The notes under the pieces are model-generated. The model ran no database searches. It saw only the letters and a list, made by a program, of their open reading frames with translations, and had not been told where the DNA came from. Positions 19,246-28,772 of a stretch of DNA of 52,320 nucleotides are shown one piece after another. Source of the stretch: a virus (Duplodnaviria > Caudoviricetes); the IMG/VR virus record IMGVR_UViG_3300021964_000098, positions 1 to 52,320 of that record. One strand, written 5' to 3'. Position numbers and translations under genes: made by a program. Each line of letters starts with the position of its first letter. The first letter of the stretch is position 1.

Positions 19246-20204
19246 GAGAAAGTAATTCCTTCTTGATCCCCTCGGAGTCCGGCTTTCATATAGGCGGTTG
19301 CTCTACCTTCAAAGAAGTTCTGATGTTCAACACCGAGTACATCATCAAGCCAATTCAAGGGGTTATCCTTTACTTTGTAATTAGGCTTCAGGCCAAGCTG
19401 AAGCAGCCTACGATCTGCAATATATTCAACATAGTCTGACATCTCTTTGCGTGTAAGGCCGGGGATGTCTCCCATCTCAAATACCAGATCCAGAAACTTT
19501 TGTTCTAGGTTTACCATATCCCTGCATGACTGATAGATTTCTTTCTTGAACTCATCAGTCCATATATCAATGTTTTCTTGTATAAACTCTCGGAAGAGCT
19601 TGGTCATAGCTTCAACGTGTAGAGATTCATCCTTGATGCTGTAACTTACAATCTGGCCCATGCCCTTCATCTTACCAAAGCGCGGGAAGTTAAGAAGTAT
19701 TACAAAGCTTGAGAACAACTGTAGCCCTTCTGTAAAGGCACTATAGACCGCTAGGTTCTTGGCGATAGACTTCTTATCTGTCTTGGAGATCTTCAGGTCA
19801 TTGATATATTCATGCTTGTCTGACATTTCTTCATATTCTGAAAAAGCTTTGTACTCAACCTCTGGCATACCTACAGTGTCTAATAACAAGCTATAGGCGT
19901 GTTGATGTATAGACTCCATGTTGGCAAAAGAACCCATCATCATACGGGCCTCAGGCTTCTTGAAGATACGCATATACCTATCTATATATCCTGCGCCTAC
20001 ATCTACATCTGACTGTGTAAAGAGTCTAAAGATCTGAGTCAGTAGATTCTTTTCTTGCTCTGTCATATCCTGCCAATCTTTTACATCGTTATGGAGTGGC
20101 ACATCTTCAGGGAACCAGTGCATCTGATTCTGTTGGAAGTAATAATCAAACATCCAAGGGTGATCAAAAGGTTTATAGTAGTCTCGTGTTGATAGTAAAC
20201 TCAC
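19242..20204 (-). CDS. nrdB: Ribonucleotide reductase class Ia beta subunit
   Basis: FTQSDVDV, ESIHQHAY (radical Tyr), EGLQLFSSF, DESLH, NFFE. Likely GTG start at 20204 after AGGAG. Confidence 0.95.
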   Translation of the reverse strand: MSLLSTRDYYKPFDHPWMFDYYFQQNQMHWFPEDVPLHNDVKDWQDMTEQEKNLLTQIFRLFTQSDVDVGAGYIDRYMRIFKKPEARMMMGSFANMESIHQHAYSLLLDTVGMPEVEYKAFSEYEEMSDKHEYINDLKISKTDKKSIAKNLAVYSAFTEGLQLFSSFVILLNFPRFGKMKGMGQIVSYSIKDESLHVEAMTKLFREFIQENIDIWTDEFKKEIYQSCRDMVNLEQKFLDLVFEMGDIPGLTRKEMSDYVEYIADRRLLQLGLKPNYKVKDNPLNWLDDVLGVEHQNFFEGRATAYMKAGLRGDQEGITFS

Positions 20205-20350
20205 TTCTTCTCCTTGTCTTTTTCTATTCGTAGCTGACAGAAAGGACACTGCCATGCCTTATGGTAAAGTTTTTTTGTTTCATCGCTGCGGTCATAAAAT
20301 AATATCTCAGTCATTTTACAACCACAATCGTCACATTGTTTGTATGACAT
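20201..20350 (-). CDS. Small zinc-ribbon protein, 49 aa (not in ORF track)
   Basis: MSYKQCDDCGCKM...WQCPFCQLRIEKDKEKK; two CxxC; GTGA coupling to nrdB. Confidence 0.7.
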   Translation of the reverse strand: MSYKQCDDCGCKMTEILFYDRSDETKKLYHKAWQCPFCQLRIEKDKEKK

Positions 20351-20588
20351 CGTATTTGTACATATTAGTTATCATACCCGCAGGAATAACAATTGGTGTG
20401 TTGACTACTGATTTATCTTTGTCGTAGTAGTCAGTACATAATATAACGCACTTATCATTCTCAGTAACTAACCAACCCACAGTAGTCCTTGGTATTGGTT
20501 TAAGTTTCTTGGCCTTCTTTATATCTACATCTTGGAAGTCTGTCCAAGCATCCTCCCATCTAACTTCTACAAGTATTCTATCCTTCAC
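20331..20588 (-). CDS. Conserved hypothetical phage protein
   Basis: VEVRWEDA...TVGWLV...IPAGMI pattern; coupled to the nrdA end. Confidence 0.65.
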   Translation of the reverse strand: MKDRILVEVRWEDAWTDFQDVDIKKAKKLKPIPRTTVGWLVTENDKCVILCTDYYDKDKSVVNTPIVIPAGMITNMYKYDVIQTM

Positions 20589-22485
20589 AGCTCAAGCACT
20601 CCCCCTCAGACAAGTTGATGCGCGGAATCTTAACATTTACATTCTCAGCAGATCTTGCAGCGTCTGACCTGAGATAATACATAGACTTCAGATTCCTAGC
20701 ACCCGCCCAGTGTACATCGTTAACATACTGTAGATAGGCATTGTGTGTCTCCTGATCAGCAGTAGACTTAGGAGGAACAAAGAACAGATTAACGCTCTGA
20801 CTCTGACAGATGTATTTCTGCCTGTTAGTTGCGTGTTCAATGATCCATATCTGGTTGATCTCAGGAGCTGTCTTAAAGACCTCCCTAGTTTCCTCAGACA
20901 GTTCTTCTATATGCTGAACAGAGCCATCATGAGCTGCGATATCTTTCCAGACCTTCTCACGCTCTTCCTTTGTGGGGAATATCACCTTGAGTTCTTTCTC
21001 TAAGAACTTGTTCTTGACTCTGAATGAGCCGGAGAGAGTCTTATGGGTAAATGTATTGGCCCTGAAAGGCTCAATAGATGGGCTAGTAACACCACAGATA
21101 ATAGAGCTAGAAGCGTTAGGAGCAACAGCCAGAAGGTGTGCATTCCTCTTACCGCTGCCTAACATATCAGGAGCTTCGCCTCGCTCTTCAGCTAGTATAC
21201 GTGAAGCAGCAGCGGCCCGATCTTTTATTAGAGAGAAAGATTTATGGTTGAAAGAAGTAGCATACATGCTCTCAAAAGGTATACCTTTAGACTGTAGATA
21301 GCTATGAAAGCCCATAGCTCCTAGACCCAGAGATCTTTCACGATAAGCTGAGTAAGCAGCCTTGGAGTATCCAATCTTTACAGGGTCACAACAGCTCTGA
21401 AACTCTTCAAAGCTTAGAGGCTTGTTTATCATGTATTCATTATTTGTAGGCCATTCTCCTACAGCATGATTTATAAAGTGTTGGATTACGTTATCTAGCA
21501 TTGTAATTAGATCAGGTATAAATGTATCTACCGTAGACCAATCATCAAAGTATTCTAAATTAACACTAGACAAACAACAGACAGCAGTCCGTTCTTCGTT
21601 AGTAGCCAGCGTTATCTCAGAACACAAGTTGCTCTGCTTGATATTAAGTCCTAAAAGCTTCTGCTCATCCGGTAGAGATTCATTACATCTATCTATGTTT
21701 ACTATATAAGGCTCGCCTGTCTCTGCCCTAGTAGATATAAGCTGCCACCAAAGATCCCTAGCAGATACAGTCTTAATGGCTGTGTTGGTCTTAGGATCTA
21801 TAAGTCTCCAATCGTCATCACGCTTGACTGCCTCCAGAAAGGCATCGTTAATATTGACACCATTATGTAAGTTTAAACATTTCCTATTTATATCGCCGCC
21901 TGTTGTCTTACGCATTGATATAAACTCTTCAATCTCTGGATGAGAGATATCCATATAGGCAGCATAGCTTCCTCTGCGGGTAACACCCTGATTGAAAGCT
22001 AACATCTGACTATCAACTACGTGCATGAATGGGATAGAACCAGTAGATTTACTGCCGTTAGAAGTATCCACGCCATTACTACGGATATCACCCCAATATC
22101 CACCGATGCCTCCACCTCCACTAGCGAGCCATACGTTCTCATCATAGTGAGCAGATAGACCATGACGGGAGTCAGGAACATAATTAAGAAAGCAACTGAT
22201 AGGAAGGCCACGGCTTGTACCCCCGTTACTAAGGATAGGAGTGCTAAACATAAACCAAAGTAGGCTACTATAGTCATAAAGCCGTTGTGCCAAAGCATAG
22301 TCAGTAGTTTCATTATAAGTTGCTCCAAATATAGCTGCTCTTGCGAAAGCTTCTTGAGCATGATCTTCATCAGCCCAGAAGTATCTGTCTTTTAAAGTAG
22401 CGATTGCAAAATCACCAAGCAGAGACTCTCTAGAATAATCTATCTTGATTCCCTTGTAGTCTTGTACGCCAATTTTAGTTGTCAT
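20578..22485 (-). CDS. nrdA: Ribonucleotide reductase class Ia alpha subunit (no ATP cone)
   Basis: ISCF, SNLCSEI, APNASSS, MYYLR, C-terminal CLSCEG. Confidence 0.95.
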   Translation of the reverse strand: MTTKIGVQDYKGIKIDYSRESLLGDFAIATLKDRYFWADEDHAQEAFARAAIFGATYNETTDYALAQRLYDYSSLLWFMFSTPILSNGGTSRGLPISCFLNYVPDSRHGLSAHYDENVWLASGGGGIGGYWGDIRSNGVDTSNGSKSTGSIPFMHVVDSQMLAFNQGVTRRGSYAAYMDISHPEIEEFISMRKTTGGDINRKCLNLHNGVNINDAFLEAVKRDDDWRLIDPKTNTAIKTVSARDLWWQLISTRAETGEPYIVNIDRCNESLPDEQKLLGLNIKQSNLCSEITLATNEERTAVCCLSSVNLEYFDDWSTVDTFIPDLITMLDNVIQHFINHAVGEWPTNNEYMINKPLSFEEFQSCCDPVKIGYSKAAYSAYRERSLGLGAMGFHSYLQSKGIPFESMYATSFNHKSFSLIKDRAAAASRILAEERGEAPDMLGSGKRNAHLLAVAPNASSSIICGVTSPSIEPFRANTFTHKTLSGSFRVKNKFLEKELKVIFPTKEEREKVWKDIAAHDGSVQHIEELSEETREVFKTAPEINQIWIIEHATNRQKYICQSQSVNLFFVPPKSTADQETHNAYLQYVNDVHWAGARNLKSMYYLRSDAARSAENVNVKIPRINLSEGECLSCEG

Positions 22486-22486
22486 T

Positions 22487-22753
22487 CTAATGATCCTTTA
22501 AATGATCTAGGTAAGGTTCCTCTTTTACCTTACATCCAGTTTTTTCTATGTACTTAATAAGTCTATCTTCGTACCATCGTGCTTTATATAAATCCTCTAT
22601 GCCATTCTTGTATCGGAAACGCCACCTGTACTTCAGGCTGTTACCGCGCAAGTATCCTATAACCTCTTCGGATGTAAGCATGCTCTCAATGGCTTCAATA
22701 CATTCCACGCCTCCTTTGTTATAGTGAGGCGGGTTGTTTACGTTGTCAGTCAT
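22487..22753 (-). CDS. DUF3310 / T7 gp1.7-like protein (putative nucleotide kinase)
   Basis: VNNPPHY...ECIEAI...GNSLKYRWR..YKNG.EDL.KA.WY. Confidence 0.85.
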   Translation of the reverse strand: MTDNVNNPPHYNKGGVECIEAIESMLTSEEVIGYLRGNSLKYRWRFRYKNGIEDLYKARWYEDRLIKYIEKTGCKVKEEPYLDHLKDH

Positions 22754-23262
22754 TCTTGCTCCTTGTCTATATCAAAGTATTCTTCTTTGAATCTCTCGCT
22801 TTCTCTGTATTCTTTATCTACCCAATCATCAGGAATACTTTCTTCGCTATACCACTTGAAGCCATTAGCTCCGGCCCACTCACCATGACTTCTCTTGGTT
22901 CCATCCTTACGGCGTTTGGCCTGAGGCATTGGTGAATTAGGATCAGCAAAAAGAAACACTAGCTCCACGTTAGGAGGTAGCATCTTCTTTATCCAAATGT
23001 ACTTACTGTATTCTGAATAATCCCAGAAACGGCCTTTAGATTCAATGAGATAAGTTTTTCTTCCTATCTTTTTGCTAAAGTCTGGGTGATAGACATGATT
23101 AACTACATAAGGAATCTTTCTGTCATGATGCTTCCACCCCTTCAAGAGGCCATGATGAAGATTGTATTCCCATATAGAGTCATAGTTGGTAGGTACATTC
23201 TTCTCTACAGGACGCTGTACTCTACGTTTTCTATAACCCTTCCTGACTTTTGATTTTTTCAA
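22750..23262 (-). CDS. T7 endonuclease I-like Holliday junction resolvase
   Basis: YDSIWE...Y.PDF...IESKGRF and WA.ANGFKW motifs. Confidence 0.85.
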   Translation of the reverse strand: MKKSKVRKGYRKRRVQRPVEKNVPTNYDSIWEYNLHHGLLKGWKHHDRKIPYVVNHVYHPDFSKKIGRKTYLIESKGRFWDYSEYSKYIWIKKMLPPNVELVFLFADPNSPMPQAKRRKDGTKRSHGEWAGANGFKWYSEESIPDDWVDKEYRESERFKEEYFDIDKEQE

Positions 23263-23429
23263 TGTAATGTACTCTCAAGCCTAAAAGCTAATTCGTAATC
23301 TGAAAGATCACAGATTCTTTCAATCACAGAGTCTGGAACTTCAGAGATATCAGCATTCTTAGACAACAAAAAAGCACTGGTTGCTACAATCAAATGTGCT
23401 AGGTCAATACTATCCAGATTTTCTATCAT
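23259..23429 (-). CDS. Hypothetical protein, 56 aa (not in ORF track)
   Basis: MIENLDSIDLAHLIVATSAFLL...RLESTLH; fills the gap and overlaps both neighbours. Confidence 0.6.
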   Translation of the reverse strand: MIENLDSIDLAHLIVATSAFLLSKNADISEVPDSVIERICDLSDYELAFRLESTLH

Positions 23430-23658
23430 TTATATTATCCACGCCAGATGCTTTAACCTGCTTGATGAACCACCTATAGGTATTCGGCATTAAACGCATC
23501 TGTCCTTCGTTCATGATATGAGTTTGTTTAGGCATAAGACCCATGAAGTTATCTTGGGTTATCTTCTCTGCCTCTTCTTTGCTGACTAGAGTTTTGAGCC
23601 AGCCAAAAGCTAGGTCTTTAGCAAGCCGCCTAGCCAGTTTACTTTTTCTACCGTTCAT
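23410..23658 (-). CDS. Hypothetical protein
   Basis: 82-aa ORF with ATGA coupling. Confidence 0.65.
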   Translation of the reverse strand: MNGRKSKLARRLAKDLAFGWLKTLVSKEEAEKITQDNFMGLMPKQTHIMNEGQMRLMPNTYRWFIKQVKASGVDNINDRKSG

Positions 23659-24509
23659 AGTATCTCTTCTACGTTAGGCTCTTTGACTACCTTGGTGAAA
23701 TAGGTAACACCCTTGGCGTATCTAAAACCTCTGAGTCCTGTCCCATCGTTAGCGTCAGCATGACATATAAACTTATGGGGGCAGTAAGAGCAACCCCGAT
23801 TTAGTTTCATGTTGCCTTTAGCTCCTTCTGGTACATCATCATAACACTTTGCAGGAGGCTTATCAGATTTTAAAGATTTCTTGAGAGAGCTTATACGCTT
23901 CTTTGTATCTATCTTATCAAAATCATCAGGAGCATAGAAAGCCAGTTCACCTGTCTCCTTGTTGATTGTAAGGAAGCCGCCATGCTTAGTGCCTTCAGCC
24001 TGTTCATACCCAGATATCTGAGCTATATAACCAAAAGGATCATCGTCTGGCAGAGTACCATATTTAAATTTCTTAAAGGCATAGGATGATGCGGTCTTAA
24101 CATCTACAACTTCACCATCTATCTTACAGTCTATGTGTCCTTTAACACCGCCAACCTCTACTTCTTTCTGCTCATCTGTTACATCATGTCCAGACAGCCT
24201 AGCCAACATAAGAACTACTTCTTCTAGGATGTGACCATAAAGAAATTTAATCATCGTGCTAGGGGCAACAGAAGAAGTATTCTCTTCCCTGTTGTCATAC
24301 CAAAGCTGACGGGCAGGTTTACCTACGTTAGACATACGCAAAGTAAAGTTAGAGTCTCTGGCGGTAGGCTTGGCCCAATGGCGTAATGTGTTTTTCATAT
24401 CATCGCCAAACTTATCTATCGCTTCTTCAGATAGATCTAAAGACTCCCCATCACAGAGAGGCTTTAGTATTTCGTATATGTCTTCTACTACATTCTGTTG
24501 TGATTTCAT
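23655..24509 (-). CDS. PD-(D/E)XK exonuclease (Cas4/RecB-like)
   Basis: LRMSNVGKP.RQLWY, GHIDCKIDG..VDVKTAS, YIAQISGY, C..CPHK..C. Confidence 0.85.
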   Translation of the reverse strand: MKSQQNVVEDIYEILKPLCDGESLDLSEEAIDKFGDDMKNTLRHWAKPTARDSNFTLRMSNVGKPARQLWYDNREENTSSVAPSTMIKFLYGHILEEVVLMLARLSGHDVTDEQKEVEVGGVKGHIDCKIDGEVVDVKTASSYAFKKFKYGTLPDDDPFGYIAQISGYEQAEGTKHGGFLTINKETGELAFYAPDDFDKIDTKKRISSLKKSLKSDKPPAKCYDDVPEGAKGNMKLNRGCSYCPHKFICHADANDGTGLRGFRYAKGVTYFTKVVKEPNVEEIL

Positions 24510-24793
24510 TTTCTGTGCCTGACAAAACGACACTTACGTGTCTCTGAGTTATAGTGCAAATACTGCACACCTAGTTCTTTTTGTAGTTCTGTTTTTGATG
24601 ATAGCCTTCCATCCTTGTAAGACTTAACATCTATTAGCGTTACCTTTCCTTCAGGGGAAAGAGCAACAATATCAACTGGGCCTGTACAGCCGCAGTTCTT
24701 AAAGACATGATAACCGTTATCCCACAACCAAGTTACAGCATAATGCTCTGCCAGATCACCTATTCTGTTTGGCTCATGTTTAATCTTCATCAT
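24506..24793 (-). CDS. Small PD-(D/E)XK nuclease (Hjc-like)
   Basis: GDLAEHYAV.WL...GY.VF, VDIVA, IDVKS. Confidence 0.75.
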   Translation of the reverse strand: MMKIKHEPNRIGDLAEHYAVTWLWDNGYHVFKNCGCTGPVDIVALSPEGKVTLIDVKSYKDGRLSSKTELQKELGVQYLHYNSETRKCRFVRHRK

Positions 24794-25064
24794 ATGATTC
24801 CGCATAACGTGACAAGGTTTCTTCACCAGTCCAGCTACATAAATTATAAACAGGGTACTTATCTTTTTTCTTATCTTTTATAATACAAAACTCTAATTTA
24901 ACTTTTGTTAGAGTAGGGTCTTGAAGTGAATCGTCATATGCCCATATAGCGTTTCTTACGCTTTTGGTAGTTATCACTTCAACTGGAAACCAACTATCAT
25001 CACAGCCATATTCTTCAGCCCAAACTGTGTATTCATATTTTCCATATTTTTTAGTGTGTTTCAC
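24780..25064 (-). CDS. Hypothetical protein
   Basis: 94-aa ORF overlapping the polymerase stop. Confidence 0.55.
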   Translation of the reverse strand: MKHTKKYGKYEYTVWAEEYGCDDSWFPVEVITTKSVRNAIWAYDDSLQDPTLTKVKLEFCIIKDKKKDKYPVYNLCSWTGEETLSRYAESYDED

Positions 25065-26796
25065 TCCAGTTTGCTCCTATTTTATATTCACCATCTAGGG
25101 GACAATTGAGTCCAAGGTCTACACCTGCTTGTATAATAGACTCAACACCTATCTTACCTACTTCTTCTGCATACTGCTCTGGTACTTCTACTTGCCATTC
25201 ATCATGAACATTACCAACAACAACAGCACCGTATTGCTGTATCTTCTCATGAAACAGAATCAATCCCTGCTTCATAACGATAGCACCGCCACCCTGCAAC
25301 AGAGCATTCAGTGCGCTGTGCTGTGATCTAACTTTTATCTTGCGTCCATCTAATCCTTTGAGGAATCCTTTGGATGCAGCTCTTGATACTTTAGCGATAA
25401 GAGTTCTAAATGATGGGAGATTATTAAGGAAAGTGTCTCTAAGTCGTTTGCCGTCTTTCTTGCTTCCTCCAACCACTGTCCCAATCTTTTCATCTCCTGC
25501 TCCGTATATGAGTGCATAGATGAATGTCTTTGCCTGATTTCTTGATTCAAGACCTGCAAGTCGCTGGTTAGCTGTGTGTATATCTCCGTTGAGAATTTCA
25601 TCTATAAATCCTTCATCATTCATGTAGTGAGCCAGCATCCTCAACTCAAGACCACTGGCATCAATACCTACAAGCTTGTGTTTAGGAGGAACTACCCAAC
25701 AGGCCCTACATTCCTCACCATAAGGAGCGGAACAGTTAGGAACTTGAGCCATGTTGGGGTTCCTATGAGTCATTCTACCAGTAACAGTACCATTATGATT
25801 AACAAATCCATGAACTCTGTCATCCTTACCCAGCTCCTTGAACCATGAATTTATCTGAGATATCCGTTTCTGTAACATAAGATATCTACCTATCAACGCT
25901 GCCTCTGGTATATTTTTTACGTTAGATAATATCTTTTCATCAACCATTGGTTGACCAGTAGGAGTAAACTTCTTCGGCTTCCAGCCAAATTCCTGTAGAT
26001 ATTCTCCGATCTGTTTACGTGAGCCTAGATTAAACTCTATCCTCTTCTCACGTATAATAGATCCTTTACGACATATTTCTTTGTAGTCATCTGGGGTAAG
26101 CCTTACGCCTTTACCCTGTAAGGTTTCACCCATCTTGGATACCTTACCTGTCTTGGTCTGACGTTTAAATATTTCTATTCTTTCTACCTTAGGTTTGAAT
26201 CGCTTCTTAACTTCAGCAGTCACCAGCTCCACCTCTTCGGTCAGCTCTGACAGCAAAAGGGAGGCGGCTTTATGATCAAACAAGAATCCATGTTCTTCCT
26301 GTTCTTTAAGGATGTTAGCTACTTTGTTCTCTATATCTATAGACTGCTTAGAGAAACCCGCAGCTTCCTTACGTAATTCAAAATAAACTTTCTTATTAAG
26401 AATAACATCACTGGTACATCTGGCCATCATCTCAGGGCTATAGGCTGTAAAATCATCGTAGCCGCTCTTAGAGAAACCTACTGACTCGCCCCATTGCTTG
26501 AGACTATGACCGCCTTCACGTACCGGATTGAACAATCTTGAAATGACCAGAGTATCTACCAACTTCTTATCTGATAGATCTACACCGCACATCCTGTATA
26601 TCCAAGGCACATCATAGTTAATAATATTGTGACCGATAAGCTTATCAGCCTGTTGTAATAGCTTGACTCCTTCATCTATTTGATTAGGGCCGAACTCATA
26701 AACAGTAGAACTGTCCAGATCTACAGCAGAAATACACCATATAACAGTTACATCTGTTACTCCATCTGTTTCAATATCAAAAACTAATGATTTCAT
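25051..26796 (-). CDS. polA: DNA polymerase family A, T7-like, with 3'-5' exonuclease
   Basis: FDIETDG, GHNIINYD, DASGLELR (motif A), AKTFIYALIYG (motif B, Tyr at the 762-equivalent position), VHDE (motif C). Confidence 0.95.
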   Translation of the reverse strand: MKSLVFDIETDGVTDVTVIWCISAVDLDSSTVYEFGPNQIDEGVKLLQQADKLIGHNIINYDVPWIYRMCGVDLSDKKLVDTLVISRLFNPVREGGHSLKQWGESVGFSKSGYDDFTAYSPEMMARCTSDVILNKKVYFELRKEAAGFSKQSIDIENKVANILKEQEEHGFLFDHKAASLLLSELTEEVELVTAEVKKRFKPKVERIEIFKRQTKTGKVSKMGETLQGKGVRLTPDDYKEICRKGSIIREKRIEFNLGSRKQIGEYLQEFGWKPKKFTPTGQPMVDEKILSNVKNIPEAALIGRYLMLQKRISQINSWFKELGKDDRVHGFVNHNGTVTGRMTHRNPNMAQVPNCSAPYGEECRACWVVPPKHKLVGIDASGLELRMLAHYMNDEGFIDEILNGDIHTANQRLAGLESRNQAKTFIYALIYGAGDEKIGTVVGGSKKDGKRLRDTFLNNLPSFRTLIAKVSRAASKGFLKGLDGRKIKVRSQHSALNALLQGGGAIVMKQGLILFHEKIQQYGAVVVGNVHDEWQVEVPEQYAEEVGKIGVESIIQAGVDLGLNCPLDGEYKIGANWSETH

Positions 26797-28436
26797 AATG
26801 CTTCATCCGCATCTTCTAGCTCATCTTCGTAGTCAATTATCTCAGATAATCTACCTGTTTCTTTATCATACATCAGATGAGTTGCCATTCCCACATCTCC
26901 AGTATACCTAGACTTCAGTACTCTAACGTGGGTTGTATTGGCTTCGTTAGGATCGTCAGACTGTTGGTTGCGCTCCAAAGCTAGTACACAATCTGATAGC
27001 TGTGCAATAGACTGAGAGCCTCTGAGGTGACTGAGATTAACAGTAACACCATTCTCGTGGCCTCTGTTGCCTTCAATCCTCTTGAGGTGAGATACAAGAA
27101 TCAAACCCGCATTTGTTTCTTCAACAATAGAACGGAGCTTGTGCATTATTGTATCAATAGTTCTTCGCTCATCGCCATCGGCACTAGCCGACAGTAGCAT
27201 ATGTAAGTGATCTACTACTACCCACTTACAATCCAAGCCAACAATCATGTACCTGACCTTGGCAAAGATCTCATCAATGTCGTTAGATCCAAAGTGCGAG
27301 TGAATCCAAACACGATCATTACCAAAGAGATTAGCTAACATAGTATCTAGCTGCTCCTTGGGATATTCTTTTCTAATGTGATCAATATATAGTCTGGCGT
27401 TAGCCTCAATGGATACCAGACAGTCAGCAGTTTTATAGTAATCTTCCTCAAGAGCTATGATACCTACATTGTCTTGAGTGTTCTTTATAAGCCAGTGTTC
27501 TAGCTCTCTGGTGATACTAGACTTCCCTAGACCAGTGCCACCTGTCACAGTAACAAGCTCTCCGGTTCTCAGACCATAGAGTTTGTCATTCAATCCATGC
27601 CAAGGATAAGGGATAGATTCTTTTTCAGGGCGATCATGATATTTAGATAAAATATCTTTAGCACTCATGATGCCGGAGGGAGTGTAAGTCTTAGAAGCCC
27701 ACCAAGCTATAGTATATGCTTTATGATTACCGCTACGCAGCATATCATTAGCATCCTTGAACTCTTCAGGTAGGCTCAAGATCAAGGCTTTGCCGGGAGT
27801 AAATAACCTAGCAGCCTTTCTTGCAGCTTCTCTGCCCGGAGTATCGCTATCAAAGTTGATAACAATCTTGTCAAACTTTTCCAAGAACTCTAGAGATGAC
27901 TTGATATCTCTGACTGCACCGGCAGCACCGTTCTTCAGAGAGACTACAGGCCACTTAGATCCCAGAAGTTCGTAAGCTGCCATAGCATCACATTCACCCT
28001 CAGTGATAGTGATATACTTGCCCCCTTCTTGGAACAACTGCTGACCAAACAAACCAGTACCAGTTGAAGACCCCTGCCAAAAGAATGTCTTGTTTGTATC
28101 TCTGAGCTTGAAAGCACCTATCTCGTTTACGTTGTAGTAGGGATAGATGTGAGTATCTACATCGCCTTTGGAGTTGAGAATAGATTTAACGCCATACTTC
28201 TTCGCGGTATCAAGTGAGATACTTCTATCTGTCAGGGCGTTGAAGGAACCATCGGAAGTATTAACAGAGTTATTTTTATATGTCTTAAACTCTATTGGGG
28301 TTGGTGAAATACTGTTGTCGTGATTAGGAATTAACTTATCACAACTGAAACAGTACATTGATCCATCTTCATTTAAAGATGCTGGATCACTCCCGCCACA
28401 TTCAGGGCAGGGTAAATGTGTTTTAACGAATGCCAT
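26793..28436 (-). CDS. T7 gp4-like primase-helicase
   Basis: CPEC...CFSC zinc finger, TEGECDA and FDSD TOPRIM, GGTGLGKS, VVDHL, LRGSQSIAQLSD, KSRYTG. Confidence 0.95.
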   Translation of the reverse strand: MAFVKTHLPCPECGGSDPASLNEDGSMYCFSCDKLIPNHDNSISPTPIEFKTYKNNSVNTSDGSFNALTDRSISLDTAKKYGVKSILNSKGDVDTHIYPYYNVNEIGAFKLRDTNKTFFWQGSSTGTGLFGQQLFQEGGKYITITEGECDAMAAYELLGSKWPVVSLKNGAAGAVRDIKSSLEFLEKFDKIVINFDSDTPGREAARKAARLFTPGKALILSLPEEFKDANDMLRSGNHKAYTIAWWASKTYTPSGIMSAKDILSKYHDRPEKESIPYPWHGLNDKLYGLRTGELVTVTGGTGLGKSSITRELEHWLIKNTQDNVGIIALEEDYYKTADCLVSIEANARLYIDHIRKEYPKEQLDTMLANLFGNDRVWIHSHFGSNDIDEIFAKVRYMIVGLDCKWVVVDHLHMLLSASADGDERRTIDTIMHKLRSIVEETNAGLILVSHLKRIEGNRGHENGVTVNLSHLRGSQSIAQLSDCVLALERNQQSDDPNEANTTHVRVLKSRYTGDVGMATHLMYDKETGRLSEIIDYEDELEDADEAL

Positions 28437-28447
28437 TTTTGCTCCTT

Positions 28448-28474
28448 AAAAAAATGGGGAGCCGAAACTCCCCC
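28448..28474 (-). terminator. Rho-independent terminator directly upstream of the primase-helicase RBS
   Basis: Minus strand GGGGAG-TTTCGG-CTCCCC-ATTTTTTT, then AAGGAG. Confidence 0.8.
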
Positions 28475-28490
28475 AATCAACAGCACACAA

Positions 28491-28772
28491 CTAACTACGA
28501 ACATAAGATTCATTTTCAGGAGTGTCAGGATCATCGGCAATAAATCTACCGTCTTCATCCCTAGCTCTTTCATATGTAATCCTTGTATCATCATTACACT
28601 CAGTTCCAAGCTGTGCTTTAAACCACTCAAGCGCAGCTTTCTTAGACTCAATGTCATCTGACAGAGATTTAATATCACCTACCAGCTTCTGAGCTAATAC
28701 AAAGATATGTTGGTTTTGCAGTGACATCTTGGAGACATCAAAGTCTCCAGCATCAGTTTTGAATACTGTCAT
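28491..28772 (-). CDS. Hypothetical protein
   Basis: 93 aa with RARDEDGRFIADDPDTPENE tail; ATGA coupling. Confidence 0.7.
   Translation of the reverse strand: MTVFKTDAGDFDVSKMSLQNQHIFVLAQKLVGDIKSLSDDIESKKAALEWFKAQLGTECNDDTRITYERARDEDGRFIADDPDTPENESYVRS

Noticed and set aside
23655-24509. Cas4 as part of a CRISPR system
   Set aside because: It is a stand-alone PD-(D/E)XK exonuclease in the replication module, common in such phages.
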